A stretch of 64,000 bases of DNA from an uncultured Candidatus Micrarchaeota archaeon (GTDB lineage Archaea > Micrarchaeota > Micrarchaeia > Anstonellales > Bilamarchaeaceae), in assembly GCA_963714085.1 (NCBI GenBank), contig OY970229.1, positions 608,001 through 672,000 on the forward strand. Direction: 5' to 3'. Position 1 is the first letter of the stretch; every line of letters starts with the position of its first letter. This document shows, piece after piece, positions 28,493-39,419 of this stretch. The notes beneath the pieces are model-generated. The model made no database searches, had not been told where the DNA came from, and saw only the letters and a list, made by a program, of their open reading frames with translations. The position numbers were made by a program, and so were the translations under genes.

Positions 28493-29257
28493 ATGAGGGA
28501 TACCATACGCATAATCCTTTCCATGATAGAACTCGAGGTCAGGAGGCTCCTCCACGACCAGACCGAGATATGCCTCAGGGCGGTACAGCCCCTGCTCTGG
28601 CTGCTGATCTTCGGGCACGTGGTCGGTTCGCTAAACACCATCCCGACCGGCAATATCCCATACACGGATTACATAATGCCCGGCGTGCTGATACAATCCA
28701 CAACAACCATCGCCATATTCTTCGGGCTGATAATAATATGGGAGCGCGAATCCGGCATACTCAAGAAGCTGGTCGCCTCGCCATCACCCAAATTCGCCAT
28801 AGTCGCGGGCAGGTCCATGGCAGCCGGTACGCGGGCGATGTTCCAGGCGGTGTTCATCGTGCCGTTCGCCATATTGATCGGCGTGAGCGTCCTTCTGAAC
28901 CCCATCTACCTCTTAGGGGCCGCGGCAGTGGTCTTCATCGCGTCCAGCGGGTTCGCGGCGCTTTCAATACTCATAGCGTCCATACTCAAATCCAGGGAGC
29001 GCTTCATGGGCCTAGGCCAGGTGATAATACTGCCCATGTTCTTCGCGAGCAGCGCCCTCTACCCGATATCTTCTATGCCGCCGCTCCTCCAGACGCTGGC
29101 GCATCTGAACCCCATGACTTACATGGTGGACGCCTGCAGGGGGCTGCTCATAACGGGCAACCTGTCCGGGCTGGGTACCGACATGCTGGTCATCCTCGTT
29201 TTCGACGCGGTTTTGATCGGGCTCGCCACTGTGAGCTTCAAGAGGATAATAGAATAG
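28493..29257 (+). CDS. ABC-2 permease (DrrB-like)
   Basis: Y.DY..PG, ERE.G and NP.TY motifs. Confidence 0.93.
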   Translation: MRDTIRIILSMIELEVRRLLHDQTEICLRAVQPLLWLLIFGHVVGSLNTIPTGNIPYTDYIMPGVLIQSTTTIAIFFGLIIIWERESGILKKLVASPSPKFAIVAGRSMAAGTRAMFQAVFIVPFAILIGVSVLLNPIYLLGAAAVVFIASSGFAALSILIASILKSRERFMGLGQVIILPMFFASSALYPISSMPPLLQTLAHLNPMTYMVDACRGLLITGNLSGLGTDMLVILVFDAVLIGLATVSFKRIIE

Positions 29258-29308
29258 GCGGGACGTTCGATGGTTTATAAAACTAAGCGACAAACAACAT
29301 ATCCATCC

Positions 29309-29435
29309 GCAGGAGTAGCGAAGCGGTCAAACGCGCCAGACTCAAGATCTGTTTGACTCCGTGTTCCCGTTTCAATCGGGAGATGGGAAATCTGCTGGCC
29401 TAGCGCCTTCGAAGGTTCAAATCCTTCCTCCTGCA
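29309..29435 (+). tRNA. tRNA-Leu(CAA) with 43-nt canonical intron (29347-29389)
   Basis: Long variable arm; BHB with CTCA/TGGG helix and AG|A, AA|A bulges; TTTATAAA upstream. Confidence 0.92.
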
Positions 29436-30337
29436 TCATCATTTTGGTTCGGGATTGTAGCCATTGGGCAGAATTCTGCCCAAAGGGGCACGGACCTAAA
29501 AATAGACATTCATACTCTTAATTCATGTACTGCGATTGCCACTTTATAAATTCCGTAAATTTATCTTCCGGAAGAAATTTTCTTGCATATGCTGTGTGTA
29601 ACTGTACTGCTTTATTATGGGCCTCGTCTAGTGAGAACTGGTCTGCAAAAACAAATTCCGCTTCTTTTAATTCGTGGAAAAATACTATGTCTCGAAAATC
29701 TTTAGGTACTCCTTCCCACACCCAAATAGAAAGGCTTTGACCCCTACCAGTATCGCTTGTAATTCTGTATAATCCTGGATTGTCTTGATTAACTAATCTG
29801 CCTTCGGTGTGTTCTAAACTTCTATAAATTTTATATGGAATTCTTCCATAACGCATAAACCCTTTCGGATTTTCAAAAGTAGGCAATCTTTCAATATTTT
29901 CTTCAGTACTGCCCATATGATCCACCATGGGACGTTCTGTCTTAGTGCAATGACGTTTCTCTGATGCGTGGACTTTTCGATTTTTCAGTTGGTCGTCCAT
30001 ATACTTTGGCATAAAAGTTATTATGTCAATAAATGTTTTTAAATGTATGTAATAATTCTCGACGGACCGGCAAAACACCTCTCGGTCTCTCGTTACCCTT
30101 GTACTCGCCTTGATTGGCTCACCTTTCACTCAGTAAAAAACAGCTGAATTTTAGAAAAACTGGCAAGACCTAGCTTTATATGCGTCTCTCATCAGAGTGG
30201 TCCTCGGTTGTGAGGTCAGGGAGTTTCCTAAGACTCGAACCTGAGGTTCAATGCAGTTCGTGAGAGTCGAACCAAAAGGTTCGGGACAGTAAATCGGTTC
30301 TGTTCCGAGTCCTGGTCTCGGCATCTTCCTCCTGCAT
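29424..30337. mobile_element. remnant of a tRNA-integrated element bounded by the 13-bp direct repeat CTTCCTCCTGCAT
   Basis: Repeat at 29424-29436 (tRNA 3' end) and 30325-30337; largely low-GC interior; no integrase. Confidence 0.65.
29518..30012 (-). CDS. low-GC hypothetical protein with HExxE...H motif
   Basis: VFFHELKEAEF...EAH; TTTAAAAA upstream of ATG 30012; start uncertain. Confidence 0.6.
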   Translation of the reverse strand: MPKYMDDQLKNRKVHASEKRHCTKTERPMVDHMGSTEENIERLPTFENPKGFMRYGRIPYKIYRSLEHTEGRLVNQDNPGLYRITSDTGRGQSLSIWVWEGVPKDFRDIVFFHELKEAEFVFADQFSLDEAHNKAVQLHTAYARKFLPEDKFTEFIKWQSQYMN

Positions 30338-30439
30338 TCCGATTCCCCGGACCGCGTCGCTTCGAGGCACGGGCCATGAGCGATGCGAGGCTTTTAGATA
30401 GCATAGCGCATCAAGAATGATTGGCAGAGGGAAGAGACA

Positions 30440-30628
30440 ATGAAGAAGGATTCGTTAGCCAATCTCGCGATGGATACCCTCATAGTCCTGGCAGGGTTCG
30501 CCATCGCCATGGTCGCGGCCGGGGAGTTCTTCGTCAACAGGGATCCGGCCGTTCTGGTGGTTTTCCTTTTCGGATTCATAGTCGTCTGCTTCGGGATGGG
30601 TAGGCGGATGGCGGCCAGATGGTACTAG
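30440..30628 (+). CDS. small two-TM protein
   Basis: Hydrophobic 62-aa ORF. Confidence 0.55.
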   Translation: MKKDSLANLAMDTLIVLAGFAIAMVAAGEFFVNRDPAVLVVFLFGFIVVCFGMGRRMAARWY

Positions 30629-30707
30629 AAGGTGCTGATTCATCTCCGGCCAGCGGAGGACTCTGCCTGCGGCAATATTATAAAAACGAACACCCCAACA
30701 GCCATCC

Positions 30708-31280
30708 ATGGAAAAGCTCGACATAGACAAAAAGACCACGGCGCTCGTGGTGATAGACCTGCAGAAGGGGATAGTCGCGAGGACCACGGTACCGCACGAC
30801 ACGAAAACGGTCGTCGCCAACGCTGCTAAACTCGTCAACGCCTTCAGGGCGAACGGCATGCCAGTCTTCCTGGTCCACGTATCCTCCTCTGGGCCGGAGC
30901 GGCTCAACCCTGTGACCGACGAGAAATGGACCATGCCGGCCGGAATGCCGAAAGACTGGAACGAGTTCGTGGACGAGATGAGGCCGAAGGAATCCGACAT
31001 AGTGATTACGAAGAAACAATGGGGCGCGTTCTACGGCACGGATCTGGACCTCCAGCTCAGGAGGAGGGGCATGCGCACCATCATCCTCTGCGGCATAGCG
31101 ACCAACTACGGGGTGGAGAGCACCGCCCGTTTCGCCTACGAGTATGGCTACCAGCAGCTGTTCCCGGAGGATGCGATGTCTGCGATGTCCGAGGAAGCCC
31201 ACAGGGCATCAGTCAATTTCGTCTTAAAGAGGATGGGGAGGGTGAGGACCACGGATGAGATAATCCGGGCCCTGGGATAG
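30708..31280 (+). CDS. isochorismatase/cysteine hydrolase family (YecD-like)
   Basis: ALVVIDLQ, K..WGAF.GTDL and GIATN.GVEST motifs. Confidence 0.92.
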   Translation: MEKLDIDKKTTALVVIDLQKGIVARTTVPHDTKTVVANAAKLVNAFRANGMPVFLVHVSSSGPERLNPVTDEKWTMPAGMPKDWNEFVDEMRPKESDIVITKKQWGAFYGTDLDLQLRRRGMRTIILCGIATNYGVESTARFAYEYGYQQLFPEDAMSAMSEEAHRASVNFVLKRMGRVRTTDEIIRALG

Positions 31281-31345
31281 GCTCCTTGTTTCCCTGACCC
31301 TGGGATCCAGCCAATGTTTATAACGCCCGCGCGCGAGAAGCATCC

Positions 31346-32836
31346 ATGCTCGCGTCCGTAAACAGGGTATTCGTGGCTGTCCTCGTCGCGCTTGCGCTCT
31401 GCGGCATAGGCATGAGCCTGCTCGTCATAGCCACGGATTTCCTCGGCGCAGAAACGGAGAGCGGCTTCAGCTCGATGCAGCTGAGCACCGCGGTCTCGAT
31501 CGCCACCGTCCTGCCGTCCGCGCAGCCAGCCGACTCCCCTTACAACCTGAACATCACCGTGCTCACTCCCAGATTGGAACGCGGGGACCGGGTGAGCCTT
31601 GAGGCGTATTCCGGAGGGAAGCTGGAGACGGAGAGTGACTGCATCAACGACTCCGGCTATGAGACGGACGCTTATGTCGGCATGACGAACATATCCTGCG
31701 GACTCGGGCTCCCCTACGGCTACAACAGCAGCCAGGAGTTCGACATCTACGCGCTGGTCCACGGTGCGAAAGGCGACATGTATTCCGGCCCCTATCGCAT
31801 GCACGTCGGATGGTCCGCATACGAGCAGAACCTGGAGAGGGCCACCGTGCTCATGCTGGCCATCGTGTGCTGCGCGTACCTGCTGCTCGTGTTCCCGGTC
31901 GCCTTCCTGCTCTTCGACCAGGGCATGAAGACGGAACACCCGGGGGCGTGGGAAGGCGAGTACACGCTCGAGTCCCTGTTCCACCCGTTCAAGGGCGGCG
32001 CCACGATGCTCCAGAAATTCGAGTCGTTCCTGGTGTCCCCCTACTTCTGGGGTCTCGAGGTCGTCGGCGTAGTGGTCCTGCTGTTTTATCTCTTCGTCTC
32101 TGCGGATGCCTGGAGGAGCGTCCCGGTCTTCGCCTCGTTCGTCCTTTCCGGGCTCATCGCATTCGTCGTCCCGTTCCTCTGGTGCGCGGCATTCTGGTAC
32201 GCGGATTTCAGGAGGCGCGCGCCGCTGCGCATGATGATGACGTTCTTCCTGTGGGGCTGCATGGCGGCTCTCATGGCCGTGGGCATAAACACCTTCTGGG
32301 GCGCGGCGTTCGAGCTCCTGGGCCTGGGCTCCATCGGCGCCGTGGTGGTCGCCCCGTTCACGGAGGAGCTTTTCAAAGGCAGCGGGCTCGCCCTGCTCTC
32401 CGAGCACAACGACTACAGCTCCGTCGAGGCCGGCCTGGTGTTCGGGTTCGCAATAGGCATGGGATTCTCGTTCATAGAGAACTGGATGTACCTCCTAAGC
32501 AATCCATTCAGCGCGGACATCTGGGGCTGGCTCGCCGTGTTCCTGCTGCGCTCCGTGCTGTTCTCGGCGGACCACGGGGTGTACACCGCCATAACCGGAG
32601 GCATCATCGGGCTTCTCAAGGAAAGGAGGTACGCGGCTCCGGCCCTCGGCCTCGTACCCGGGGTGCTCATCGCGTCCGTGCTCCACGCAATCCACAACTC
32701 CGGCGCGCCCCTAGCGGACATGTTCGGCCTTGGCGGCAGCCTCGCCTATTTCTGCATACTCCTTCCGCTGGTGGATTACGGAGCGCTCCTCCTGCTGCTT
32801 GCCATCTTCGCATGGGCGGTGCTCAGGAAAAAATAG
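31346..32836 (+). CDS. PrsW family intramembrane glutamic protease with extracellular domain
   Basis: APFTEELFK, GFSFIEN, H and H..HN motifs. Confidence 0.9.
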   Translation: MLASVNRVFVAVLVALALCGIGMSLLVIATDFLGAETESGFSSMQLSTAVSIATVLPSAQPADSPYNLNITVLTPRLERGDRVSLEAYSGGKLETESDCINDSGYETDAYVGMTNISCGLGLPYGYNSSQEFDIYALVHGAKGDMYSGPYRMHVGWSAYEQNLERATVLMLAIVCCAYLLLVFPVAFLLFDQGMKTEHPGAWEGEYTLESLFHPFKGGATMLQKFESFLVSPYFWGLEVVGVVVLLFYLFVSADAWRSVPVFASFVLSGLIAFVVPFLWCAAFWYADFRRRAPLRMMMTFFLWGCMAALMAVGINTFWGAAFELLGLGSIGAVVVAPFTEELFKGSGLALLSEHNDYSSVEAGLVFGFAIGMGFSFIENWMYLLSNPFSADIWGWLAVFLLRSVLFSADHGVYTAITGGIIGLLKERRYAAPALGLVPGVLIASVLHAIHNSGAPLADMFGLGGSLAYFCILLPLVDYGALLLLLAIFAWAVLRKK

Positions 32837-32876
32837 GGGCTTGCCCATACTATTTAAGTATAAGGTGCGCCATAAT

Positions 32877-33305
32877 ATGGATATGTCAGGATGCATATTT
32901 TGCGCTATAATCAAGGGAGAATCGGCGGCTGTCAAGGTCTACGAGGACGAGAAGACGCTGGTGATAATGGATAGGAAGCCGATAACAAACGGCCATCTGC
33001 TGGTCATACCGAAGAAGCACGCCGAGTTCCTCACGGAGCTGGACGACGAGCGGGTGGGCGAGATGTTCAAGGTGGCCAAGAAGATGTCGCTTGCGCTCAA
33101 GAAATCGAAGCTCAGGTGCAAGGGGATGAACTACCTTCTTGCCGACGGCGCTGAGGCCGGGCAGGAGGTCTTCCACGTGCACCTCCATCTCATACCCAGA
33201 TACAGGGGAGACGGGTTCTACATGCACATGCCCCCGAAGTACGAGAACGAGACGAGCACCGAGGACCTTGAAAGGGTCGCGGCCAAGATAGAGACCATGT
33301 TCTGA
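32877..33305 (+). CDS. HIT family hydrolase
   Basis: CIFC and HVHLH motifs. Confidence 0.93.
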   Translation: MDMSGCIFCAIIKGESAAVKVYEDEKTLVIMDRKPITNGHLLVIPKKHAEFLTELDDERVGEMFKVAKKMSLALKKSKLRCKGMNYLLADGAEAGQEVFHVHLHLIPRYRGDGFYMHMPPKYENETSTEDLERVAAKIETMF

Positions 33306-33323
33306 GCGGCTCAACCAGCACGC

Positions 33324-33902
33324 TCACTTCCTCGCGAAAACCAGATACGCAGAATGCATGAGCCCGAAGTGCTGCGGCCTGACGCCGAAATCACGCACCT
33401 CGTACTCGCGGACTATGCCTTCCAGCATGAATGTCCCGGAGAAATGCTTCTTAGCCTCGAGCACGAGCGCCTTGGCCTGCTCTATGTTCAGGCAATGCGC
33501 CGCGAGGAAGCCGCCCTTCCTGAGGAGCTCGTGGCTGCGTTTGGCGACCTTCTCGCTGTCTGCGATGTCGCAGAACACCAGGTCGAACCCGCCATCTTCC
33601 TCTATGCCTTCCAGGACGTCCTTGCGCTTGAGGATTATGTTCGTTAGGCCGCTCTCTTTTATGTTGTGCTCGGCCAGGTCCGCGAACTCGGAGCGCTTCT
33701 CGTAGGTCGTGACCTCCTTCGCGATATTGGCCAGCTGGATGGTCATGAATCCCGAACCGGTGCCTAGCTCGAGCACGCGGGACTCGCGGCCGATACCGGT
33801 ATATCCGATGACGAGGCCCGCGTCCTTGGGCAATGTCACTGCAGGGCCTCCGCGCTTGCATTTCCTGAGGAGTTCGGGGAAGTGGAAATCTGGCTTGTCC
33901 AT
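33324..33902 (-). CDS. trmI: tRNA m1A57/58 methyltransferase TrmI, lacking the N-terminal domain
   Basis: PKD, ELGTGSG, RP and H.AYL motifs. Confidence 0.85.
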   Translation of the reverse strand: MDKPDFHFPELLRKCKRGGPAVTLPKDAGLVIGYTGIGRESRVLELGTGSGFMTIQLANIAKEVTTYEKRSEFADLAEHNIKESGLTNIILKRKDVLEGIEEDGGFDLVFCDIADSEKVAKRSHELLRKGGFLAAHCLNIEQAKALVLEAKKHFSGTFMLEGIVREYEVRDFGVRPQHFGLMHSAYLVFARK

Positions 33903-33919
33903 GTGTTCAACTCGTGTTC

Positions 33920-34357
33920 CTATCTCTTCATCTTCTCCCGGTATTCCTTCAGCCTCCTCTCTAACGCGCCGTCTTTGAGCGCGAGGATGGAGACCGCGAG
34001 CAGGGCCGCGTTCTTGGCGTTGTCTATCCCGACCGTAGCCACCGGGATTCCTGAGGGCATCTGGATCATGGAAAGGAGCGCATCAAGGCCGTCGAGCTTG
34101 ACATCCACAGGCACGCCTATGACCGGTTTCAGGGTCTTCGAGGCGATTACGCCCGGGAGCGCGGCGCTCAGTCCGGCTATGGCGATGACCACGTCTGCAG
34201 ACGTGGTCGAGACCAGTTTGTCGACCTTCTCCGGGGTGCGGTGCGCGCTTGCGACCTCGGTCCGGAATTCGACGCTGAATTCCTTCAGGACTTCCTCTGC
34301 CCTCTCGGCGATCTTCCTGTCGCTCTCACTTCCCGCGATTATCAGAACGCGTTCCAT
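33920..34357 (-). CDS. purE: AIR carboxylase / N5-CAIR mutase
   Basis: GS.SD, SAHR, AALPG and QMPSG.PV motifs. Confidence 0.95.
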   Translation of the reverse strand: MERVLIIAGSESDRKIAERAEEVLKEFSVEFRTEVASAHRTPEKVDKLVSTTSADVVIAIAGLSAALPGVIASKTLKPVIGVPVDVKLDGLDALLSMIQMPSGIPVATVGIDNAKNAALLAVSILALKDGALERRLKEYREKMKR

Positions 34358-34409
34358 AAAGGTGATTGGTTTGCAGGATTTTATAAAACATTCACTACCA
34401 ATCCACTCC

Positions 34410-34724
34410 ATGGTCAAGGCGGCGGCGATGAGGAAAAGGTACATCCTGTTCGAATTGCAGGGCGAGCCTGCGGAAGAGGAAACGCTCAAGCGCGCGCTAT
34501 ATGCCGAGGCGCTGAGGTTCTTCGGAGAGTTGGGCATGTCCCGGGCAGCGTTCAAGCTCGTCGGATTCGACCCGAAGACGAATCAGGGTATTATCCGGTG
34601 CGAGCGCTCCCACCTTGAGGAGGTGCTCGGCTTCCTCGCGCTCCTGGGCTCACTTGATGGGAAGCCCGCCCGGGTGCGCTCGCTAAAATCCAGCGGGACG
34701 ATAGCTGCGCTGAAGCGGGCTTAG
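34410..34724 (+). CDS. rnp2: RNase P protein Pop5/Rpp14
   Basis: KRYI.F, GIIRC and SGTI motifs. Confidence 0.88.
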   Translation: MVKAAAMRKRYILFELQGEPAEEETLKRALYAEALRFFGELGMSRAAFKLVGFDPKTNQGIIRCERSHLEEVLGFLALLGSLDGKPARVRSLKSSGTIAALKRA

Positions 34725-35218
34725 GACGACTTGACGCCTTCGAGTATCTGCTTGTTCAGCCTTATTATGTTGGTCTTGCCGCTGGATTCCTTGGAAATCG
34801 TGCCCCTTCTCTCAAGCCGCTCCAATATGCGGTGTGCCTTGACCTTCCCTATGCCTTCTATGCGCGAGAGCTCGGCCTGGGTCGCCCTTCCGCCTTCTGC
34901 GACGAGCTTGGATATCACTTTCTTCTCATCCGAAGGGAGCATGCCGAGCATTGCCTGCTCCTGGCCAGGGGTTTTCGGCAACTCGACTTTCCTCTCGAAA
35001 TATAGGTAGGACACTCCAACGCCTGCGAGGAATCCGCCGATGATAATCAATGGCAGGAACATGATGACTTCCTGCAGATACGACTCGTGCTCGCATTGAC
35101 CGCTGGCGCTGATGCATTGCTGCGGCATGTTGGACTGCACGAGCTGCGGCACGTAGTACACCGCCAGCACGATTGCGGCGAGCAGCACAAGCCCTAGGAG
35201 TATTTTCTTGTTTTCCAT
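34721..35218 (-). CDS. membrane-anchored winged-HTH regulator
   Basis: TM, CxxxxxxCxH loop, TM, then wHTH (TQAEL...K...R.L..LE.RG...GKTN). Confidence 0.8.
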   Translation of the reverse strand: MENKKILLGLVLLAAIVLAVYYVPQLVQSNMPQQCISASGQCEHESYLQEVIMFLPLIIIGGFLAGVGVSYLYFERKVELPKTPGQEQAMLGMLPSDEKKVISKLVAEGGRATQAELSRIEGIGKVKAHRILERLERRGTISKESSGKTNIIRLNKQILEGVKSS

Positions 35219-35257
35219 AGTGGTAATTGCGCAAATGAGGTATATAAATATGACGTT

Positions 35258-35321
35258 TGGTTTCAGGAAATGAAACCATGGTTGCGCTCAAAAATAAGTA
35301 TGGTTTCAGCCCTTGAACCTG
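35258..35321. promoter_or_regulatory. two operator-like inverted repeats TGGTTTCA-N5-TGAAACCA
   Basis: Perfect copy at 35258-35278; imperfect copy TGGTTTCA-GCCCT-TGAACCTG at 35301-35321. Confidence 0.75.
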
Positions 35322-35333
35322 CAGGTGGTTTGC

Positions 35334-35540
35334 ATGGAAAAGAAAATTACGCTAAAAACAAAGGGAATGCATTGCGCTTCCTGCGAGAAGCTGATAGAAG
35401 GGGTGGTGGGGGATTTGGCCGGAGTGAAGAGCGTCAAATCCAGCCGGGCATCGGAAAGCACTGAAATAGTATACGAAGATGCCGAAGTGGATGCGAAAGC
35501 GATAAAGGCCGCGATTGCAGGGCTCGGGTATAGCTGCTGA
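35334..35540 (+). CDS. copZ: copper chaperone CopZ-like HMA protein
   Basis: GMHCASC motif. Confidence 0.88.
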   Translation: MEKKITLKTKGMHCASCEKLIEGVVGDLAGVKSVKSSRASESTEIVYEDAEVDAKAIKAAIAGLGYSC

Positions 35541-35552
35541 CTAGGTGGGGCT

Positions 35553-37058
35553 ATGGAAAGGAATATTACGCTCAAGACCGGGGATATGCACTGCGCTTCC
35601 TGCGAGAAGCTGATAGAACGGGCTGCGAGAGACGTCAAAGGTGTCAGGTCCGTCAAATCCGATTACAGCACGGAAATGACCGAGATTGTATATGATGATG
35701 CCGAAACAGACTTGGCGACCATCAGAACGGCTATAGAGAAGGAAGGGCATACGACAGAGGTGCAGTCAGCTGTAGCGGAAAGCGGGACAACAGTGACGGT
35801 GCAGGTTGAAGAGCCTGCATCCGAGCCCGGGTCAGCGGAAATGCCGTATAAAGTGCCGAACGGCGAGGGAACGAACCAGGGTTCAGGGCTGAACTTCGGC
35901 ACTTTATCCCTGGTCTTGGGTTTCATCGCGATACTGGTGGGGCTGTACCTCTTGCTGGTAAGGTCCGTCAGCCTTGATTTCAGCAGCATAAACGAGAACA
36001 CAGGAATCGCCGTGCTTCTGGTGATTGGCTTCCTTACGGGATTCCACTGCATAGGCATGTGCGGCGGCTTCGTGCTTTCCTACTCCGGAAAGATAAAAAA
36101 GCAGGGCGACCTAATGCCCCATCTCCAGTACGGCGCCGGCAAGACCATATCATACACCATAATTGGCGCAGTGTTCGGGCTTCTTGGCTCAATCATAGCA
36201 TTCACCACCGAGCTGCGCGGTTCGATAGCGGTGATCGCAGGGCTTTTCCTTGTGCTCTACGGGATAAACATGCTCAACCTCCTGCCGTCCCTGAGAAAGC
36301 TCCAGCCACGGCTCCCGTCCTTCATGCCGAACTGGGAGTGGGGAGGTAAAGGTCCGCTGGTGACCGGCCTGCTCAACGGGCTGATGTTGGCATGCGGGCC
36401 TCTCATGGCACTCTACATATTCGCGGCAGGCACCGGAAGCCCGGTCGCAGGAGCCAAGGCCCTCTTCTTCTTCGGACTGGGGACGCTTGTGCCGATGCTC
36501 ACTTTCGGAGTTGTTGCACGTTACCTCAGCGCCGCGTTCACGAGGAACGTAGTGAGGCTCTCCGGAGTGATGGTGATCGTGCTCGGCCTGCTCATGGCTA
36601 ACAATGGCCTCGCCCTTCTCGGCACGGGGATTCCGCTCTCAGTGGGTTCTGTGACGAGCCTGGCTGCGGGCGGCCCGGCGCCGGCAGGCAACACAACGGA
36701 TATTAAACTTGACCCGGAGGGTTTCCAGGTGATAGAGATGAACGTCACGGGCAGCGGGTGGGCGCCGAACAGCTTCGTGCTGAAAAAGGGCGTTCCTGTG
36801 AAGTGGGAGATAGACGCGCTCGAACTGAACGGATGCAACAGCGAAGTAGTAGTGCACGACTACGGGTTGGACATAAGGCTCAAGCCGGGCATGCAGACCG
36901 TGCAGTTCACCCCCCAGAATACCGGGACGATCCAGTTCAGTTGCGGGATGGGCATGATACGCGGACAGTTCCTAGTCTACGATTCCTCGTCCGCCGGAAG
37001 CGTGGCCCCGGCAGCGCCCGTGGTGCAGAAAAACGGGGGCTGCGGTTGCGGCGGGTGA
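35553..37058 (+). CDS. HMA + DsbD_2/TauE-like membrane domain + cupredoxin fusion
   Basis: MHCASC; HCIGMCG and ACG; FSCGMGM; C-terminal GCGCGG. Confidence 0.87.
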   Translation: MERNITLKTGDMHCASCEKLIERAARDVKGVRSVKSDYSTEMTEIVYDDAETDLATIRTAIEKEGHTTEVQSAVAESGTTVTVQVEEPASEPGSAEMPYKVPNGEGTNQGSGLNFGTLSLVLGFIAILVGLYLLLVRSVSLDFSSINENTGIAVLLVIGFLTGFHCIGMCGGFVLSYSGKIKKQGDLMPHLQYGAGKTISYTIIGAVFGLLGSIIAFTTELRGSIAVIAGLFLVLYGINMLNLLPSLRKLQPRLPSFMPNWEWGGKGPLVTGLLNGLMLACGPLMALYIFAAGTGSPVAGAKALFFFGLGTLVPMLTFGVVARYLSAAFTRNVVRLSGVMVIVLGLLMANNGLALLGTGIPLSVGSVTSLAAGGPAPAGNTTDIKLDPEGFQVIEMNVTGSGWAPNSFVLKKGVPVKWEIDALELNGCNSEVVVHDYGLDIRLKPGMQTVQFTPQNTGTIQFSCGMGMIRGQFLVYDSSSAGSVAPAAPVVQKNGGCGCGG

Positions 37059-37062
37059 GTGC

Positions 37063-39336
37063 ATGACGAAGACCACCATAGGCATCACCGGGATGGACTG
37101 CGCGAGCTGCGCCATGAACATCGAGCGCAAGGTGAAGAAGCTCAATGGGGTCGCGAGCGTCAATGTCAACATAGCCACGAATAAGGCGACAATCGAGTAC
37201 GATGAGAAGGAGTTGGGACTCAGGGACATAAAGGACGCGATAGAAAGCATAGGCTACGGTGCGGACATCCCGGAAGACGCAGAGAAGAAGATAAATATGA
37301 ACGCGGGTGAGGAGCAATCCGAGTTCGAAAAAGGGATTGACAGGGAGAAACTCGCCAGGGAGAGGGAGATGTCGAATCTTAAGTATAGGCTCACATGGTC
37401 CGCCATCCTGACGGTGCCCGTGCTTGTCCTCGGATTGCCTGGGATGCTAAAGGGCGCGGTAGCGCTCCAGTACCCGGAATTCTTCATGAGGAACATGACG
37501 ATACTCCAGTTCCTCCTCACGAGCCCCGTGCTGTATCTGAACCGCGACTTCTTCGTGAGAGGGTTCAGGGGGCTGGTCAGCAGGATGCCGGGCATGGACA
37601 CGCTCGTTGCGCTCGGCGTGGGAACCGCTTACGTCTACAGCGTGCTGGTCGGCTTCGATCTCATCAGCGGCAGTGTCTATTACGAGAGCGCGGCGCTGCT
37701 GCTCACTTTCATAGTCCTCGGGAAATATCTCGAGTCGGTCGCCAAGGGCAGGACATCAGAGGCCATAAAGCGGCTGATAGGGCTGCAGCCCAAGACCGCG
37801 CTAGTCGTGCGCAATGGAAAGGAGATTGAAATCCCGATAAAGGAGGTCGTTGTCGGAGACATGGTGATAATAAAGCCCGGAGACAAGATTCCAGTGGACG
37901 GGACCGTCATCGAAGGGGAAAGCAGCGTCGACGAGAGCATGATAACCGGGGAGAGCATCCCGGTCCATAAGAAGAAGGGGGCTCTTGTCATCGGAGCGAC
38001 TATAAACAAGACTGGCTCGTTCACGTTCAAGGCGACCAAAATCGGCAGTGCCACAATGCTCGCGCAGATAATCAAGCTCGTGGAGGACGCGCAGGGGAGC
38101 AAGGCCCCGATACAGATGCTTGCGGACATCGTCGCCGGCTATTTCGTGCAAGGGGTGATCCTGCTCGCCCTTATCGCGTTCGGATACTGGTATGTTGTGG
38201 CTGGTAAGGCGTTCCTGTTCGCTATAACCGTGCTTGTTTCCACGCTTGTCATAGCGTGCCCGTGCGCCATGGGGCTTGCGACTCCGACCGCGGTGATGAT
38301 GGGGACGGGAAAAGGCGCGGAGAACGGCGTGCTGTTCAAGGATGCGGAGAGCCTGGAACTGCTGCACCAGGCCAAGATAATAGTATTCGACAAGACTGGT
38401 ACGATAACGAAGGGCGAAGCGGTAGTCACGGACATAGTCCCGTATAAGATGGACAAGAACGAATTGCTGTCTCTTGCGGCATCGGCCGAGAAGGGCTCCG
38501 AGCACGCGCTGGCGGAAGCGGTCGTGCAGGTGGCGAAGCAGAACAAGGTGATTGTTCCCGCGGCGAGATCGTTCAAGGCCATACCAGGTTATGGCGTGTC
38601 GGCCAGCGTAGGAAACGCCCGCGTATTGGTCGGGAACGCCGCCCTCATGAAGAAGGGAAATGTCGTGGTAAGCGCCTCCACGACGGAACGGATGCATGGC
38701 CTCGAGCACGAAGGAAAGACCGTTGTGATGGTCGCTGCGGACGGAGAGATGGCCGGTCTCATGGCCATCGCAGATACGATAAAGGAGCACTCCAAAGAGG
38801 CTATTGGAAGGTTGCATGAGATGGGCTACGAGACCGCCATGATAACCGGGGACAACGAGAGGACCGCTATGGCGATTGCGAAGCAGGCGGGAATCGACAG
38901 GGTCCTTGCCCATGTGCTTCCCGAGGACAAGGCTAACGAGGTGAAGGTGCTGCAGGAGGGCGGCAGGCACAAGGTCGCTTTCGTCGGGGACGGTATAAAC
39001 GACGCCCCTGCACTCGCCCAGGCGGACATAGGCATCGCCATAGGCACGGGAACGGATGTGGCGATAGAGAGCGGCGGGATCGTGCTCGTGAAAAGCGATT
39101 TGCGGGACATCGTGGCCGCGATCCAGCTCAGCCGCTACACGATGGACAAGATAAAGCAAAACCTCTTCTGGGCCTTTGTCTATAATTCCATCGGGATTCC
39201 CATTGCCATGGGCGTGCTCTACCCCATATCCGGTTTCCTCCTAAGCCCTGTCGTAGCAGGGGCGGCTATGGCGTTCTCGAGCGTGAGCGTGGTGAGCAAC
39301 AGCCTGCTCATGAGACGCTGGAAGCCCAGGATATAA
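37063..39336 (+). CDS. copA: Cu(+)-exporting P1B ATPase
   Basis: [29 protein letters not shown] and MAFSS motifs. Confidence 0.96.
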   Translation: MTKTTIGITGMDCASCAMNIERKVKKLNGVASVNVNIATNKATIEYDEKELGLRDIKDAIESIGYGADIPEDAEKKINMNAGEEQSEFEKGIDREKLAREREMSNLKYRLTWSAILTVPVLVLGLPGMLKGAVALQYPEFFMRNMTILQFLLTSPVLYLNRDFFVRGFRGLVSRMPGMDTLVALGVGTAYVYSVLVGFDLISGSVYYESAALLLTFIVLGKYLESVAKGRTSEAIKRLIGLQPKTALVVRNGKEIEIPIKEVVVGDMVIIKPGDKIPVDGTVIEGESSVDESMITGESIPVHKKKGALVIGATINKTGSFTFKATKIGSATMLAQIIKLVEDAQGSKAPIQMLADIVAGYFVQGVILLALIAFGYWYVVAGKAFLFAITVLVSTLVIACPCAMGLATPTAVMMGTGKGAENGVLFKDAESLELLHQAKIIVFDKTGTITKGEAVVTDIVPYKMDKNELLSLAASAEKGSEHALAEAVVQVAKQNKVIVPAARSFKAIPGYGVSASVGNARVLVGNAALMKKGNVVVSASTTERMHGLEHEGKTVVMVAADGEMAGLMAIADTIKEHSKEAIGRLHEMGYETAMITGDNERTAMAIAKQAGIDRVLAHVLPEDKANEVKVLQEGGRHKVAFVGDGINDAPALAQADIGIAIGTGTDVAIESGGIVLVKSDLRDIVAAIQLSRYTMDKIKQNLFWAFVYNSIGIPIAMGVLYPISGFLLSPVVAGAAMAFSSVSVVSNSLLMRRWKPRI

Positions 39337-39419
39337 GCCGGTTTAGGGAACCGTGATAGCATAAAGAATACAACGGTGCATAAGTTAGGATGGTAATGAG
39401 CTAAAGCGAGGAGATTTCA

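Noticed and set aside
29518..30129. Island ORF as an integrase or toxin
   Set aside because: No tyrosine or serine recombinase motif and no recognisable toxin signature.
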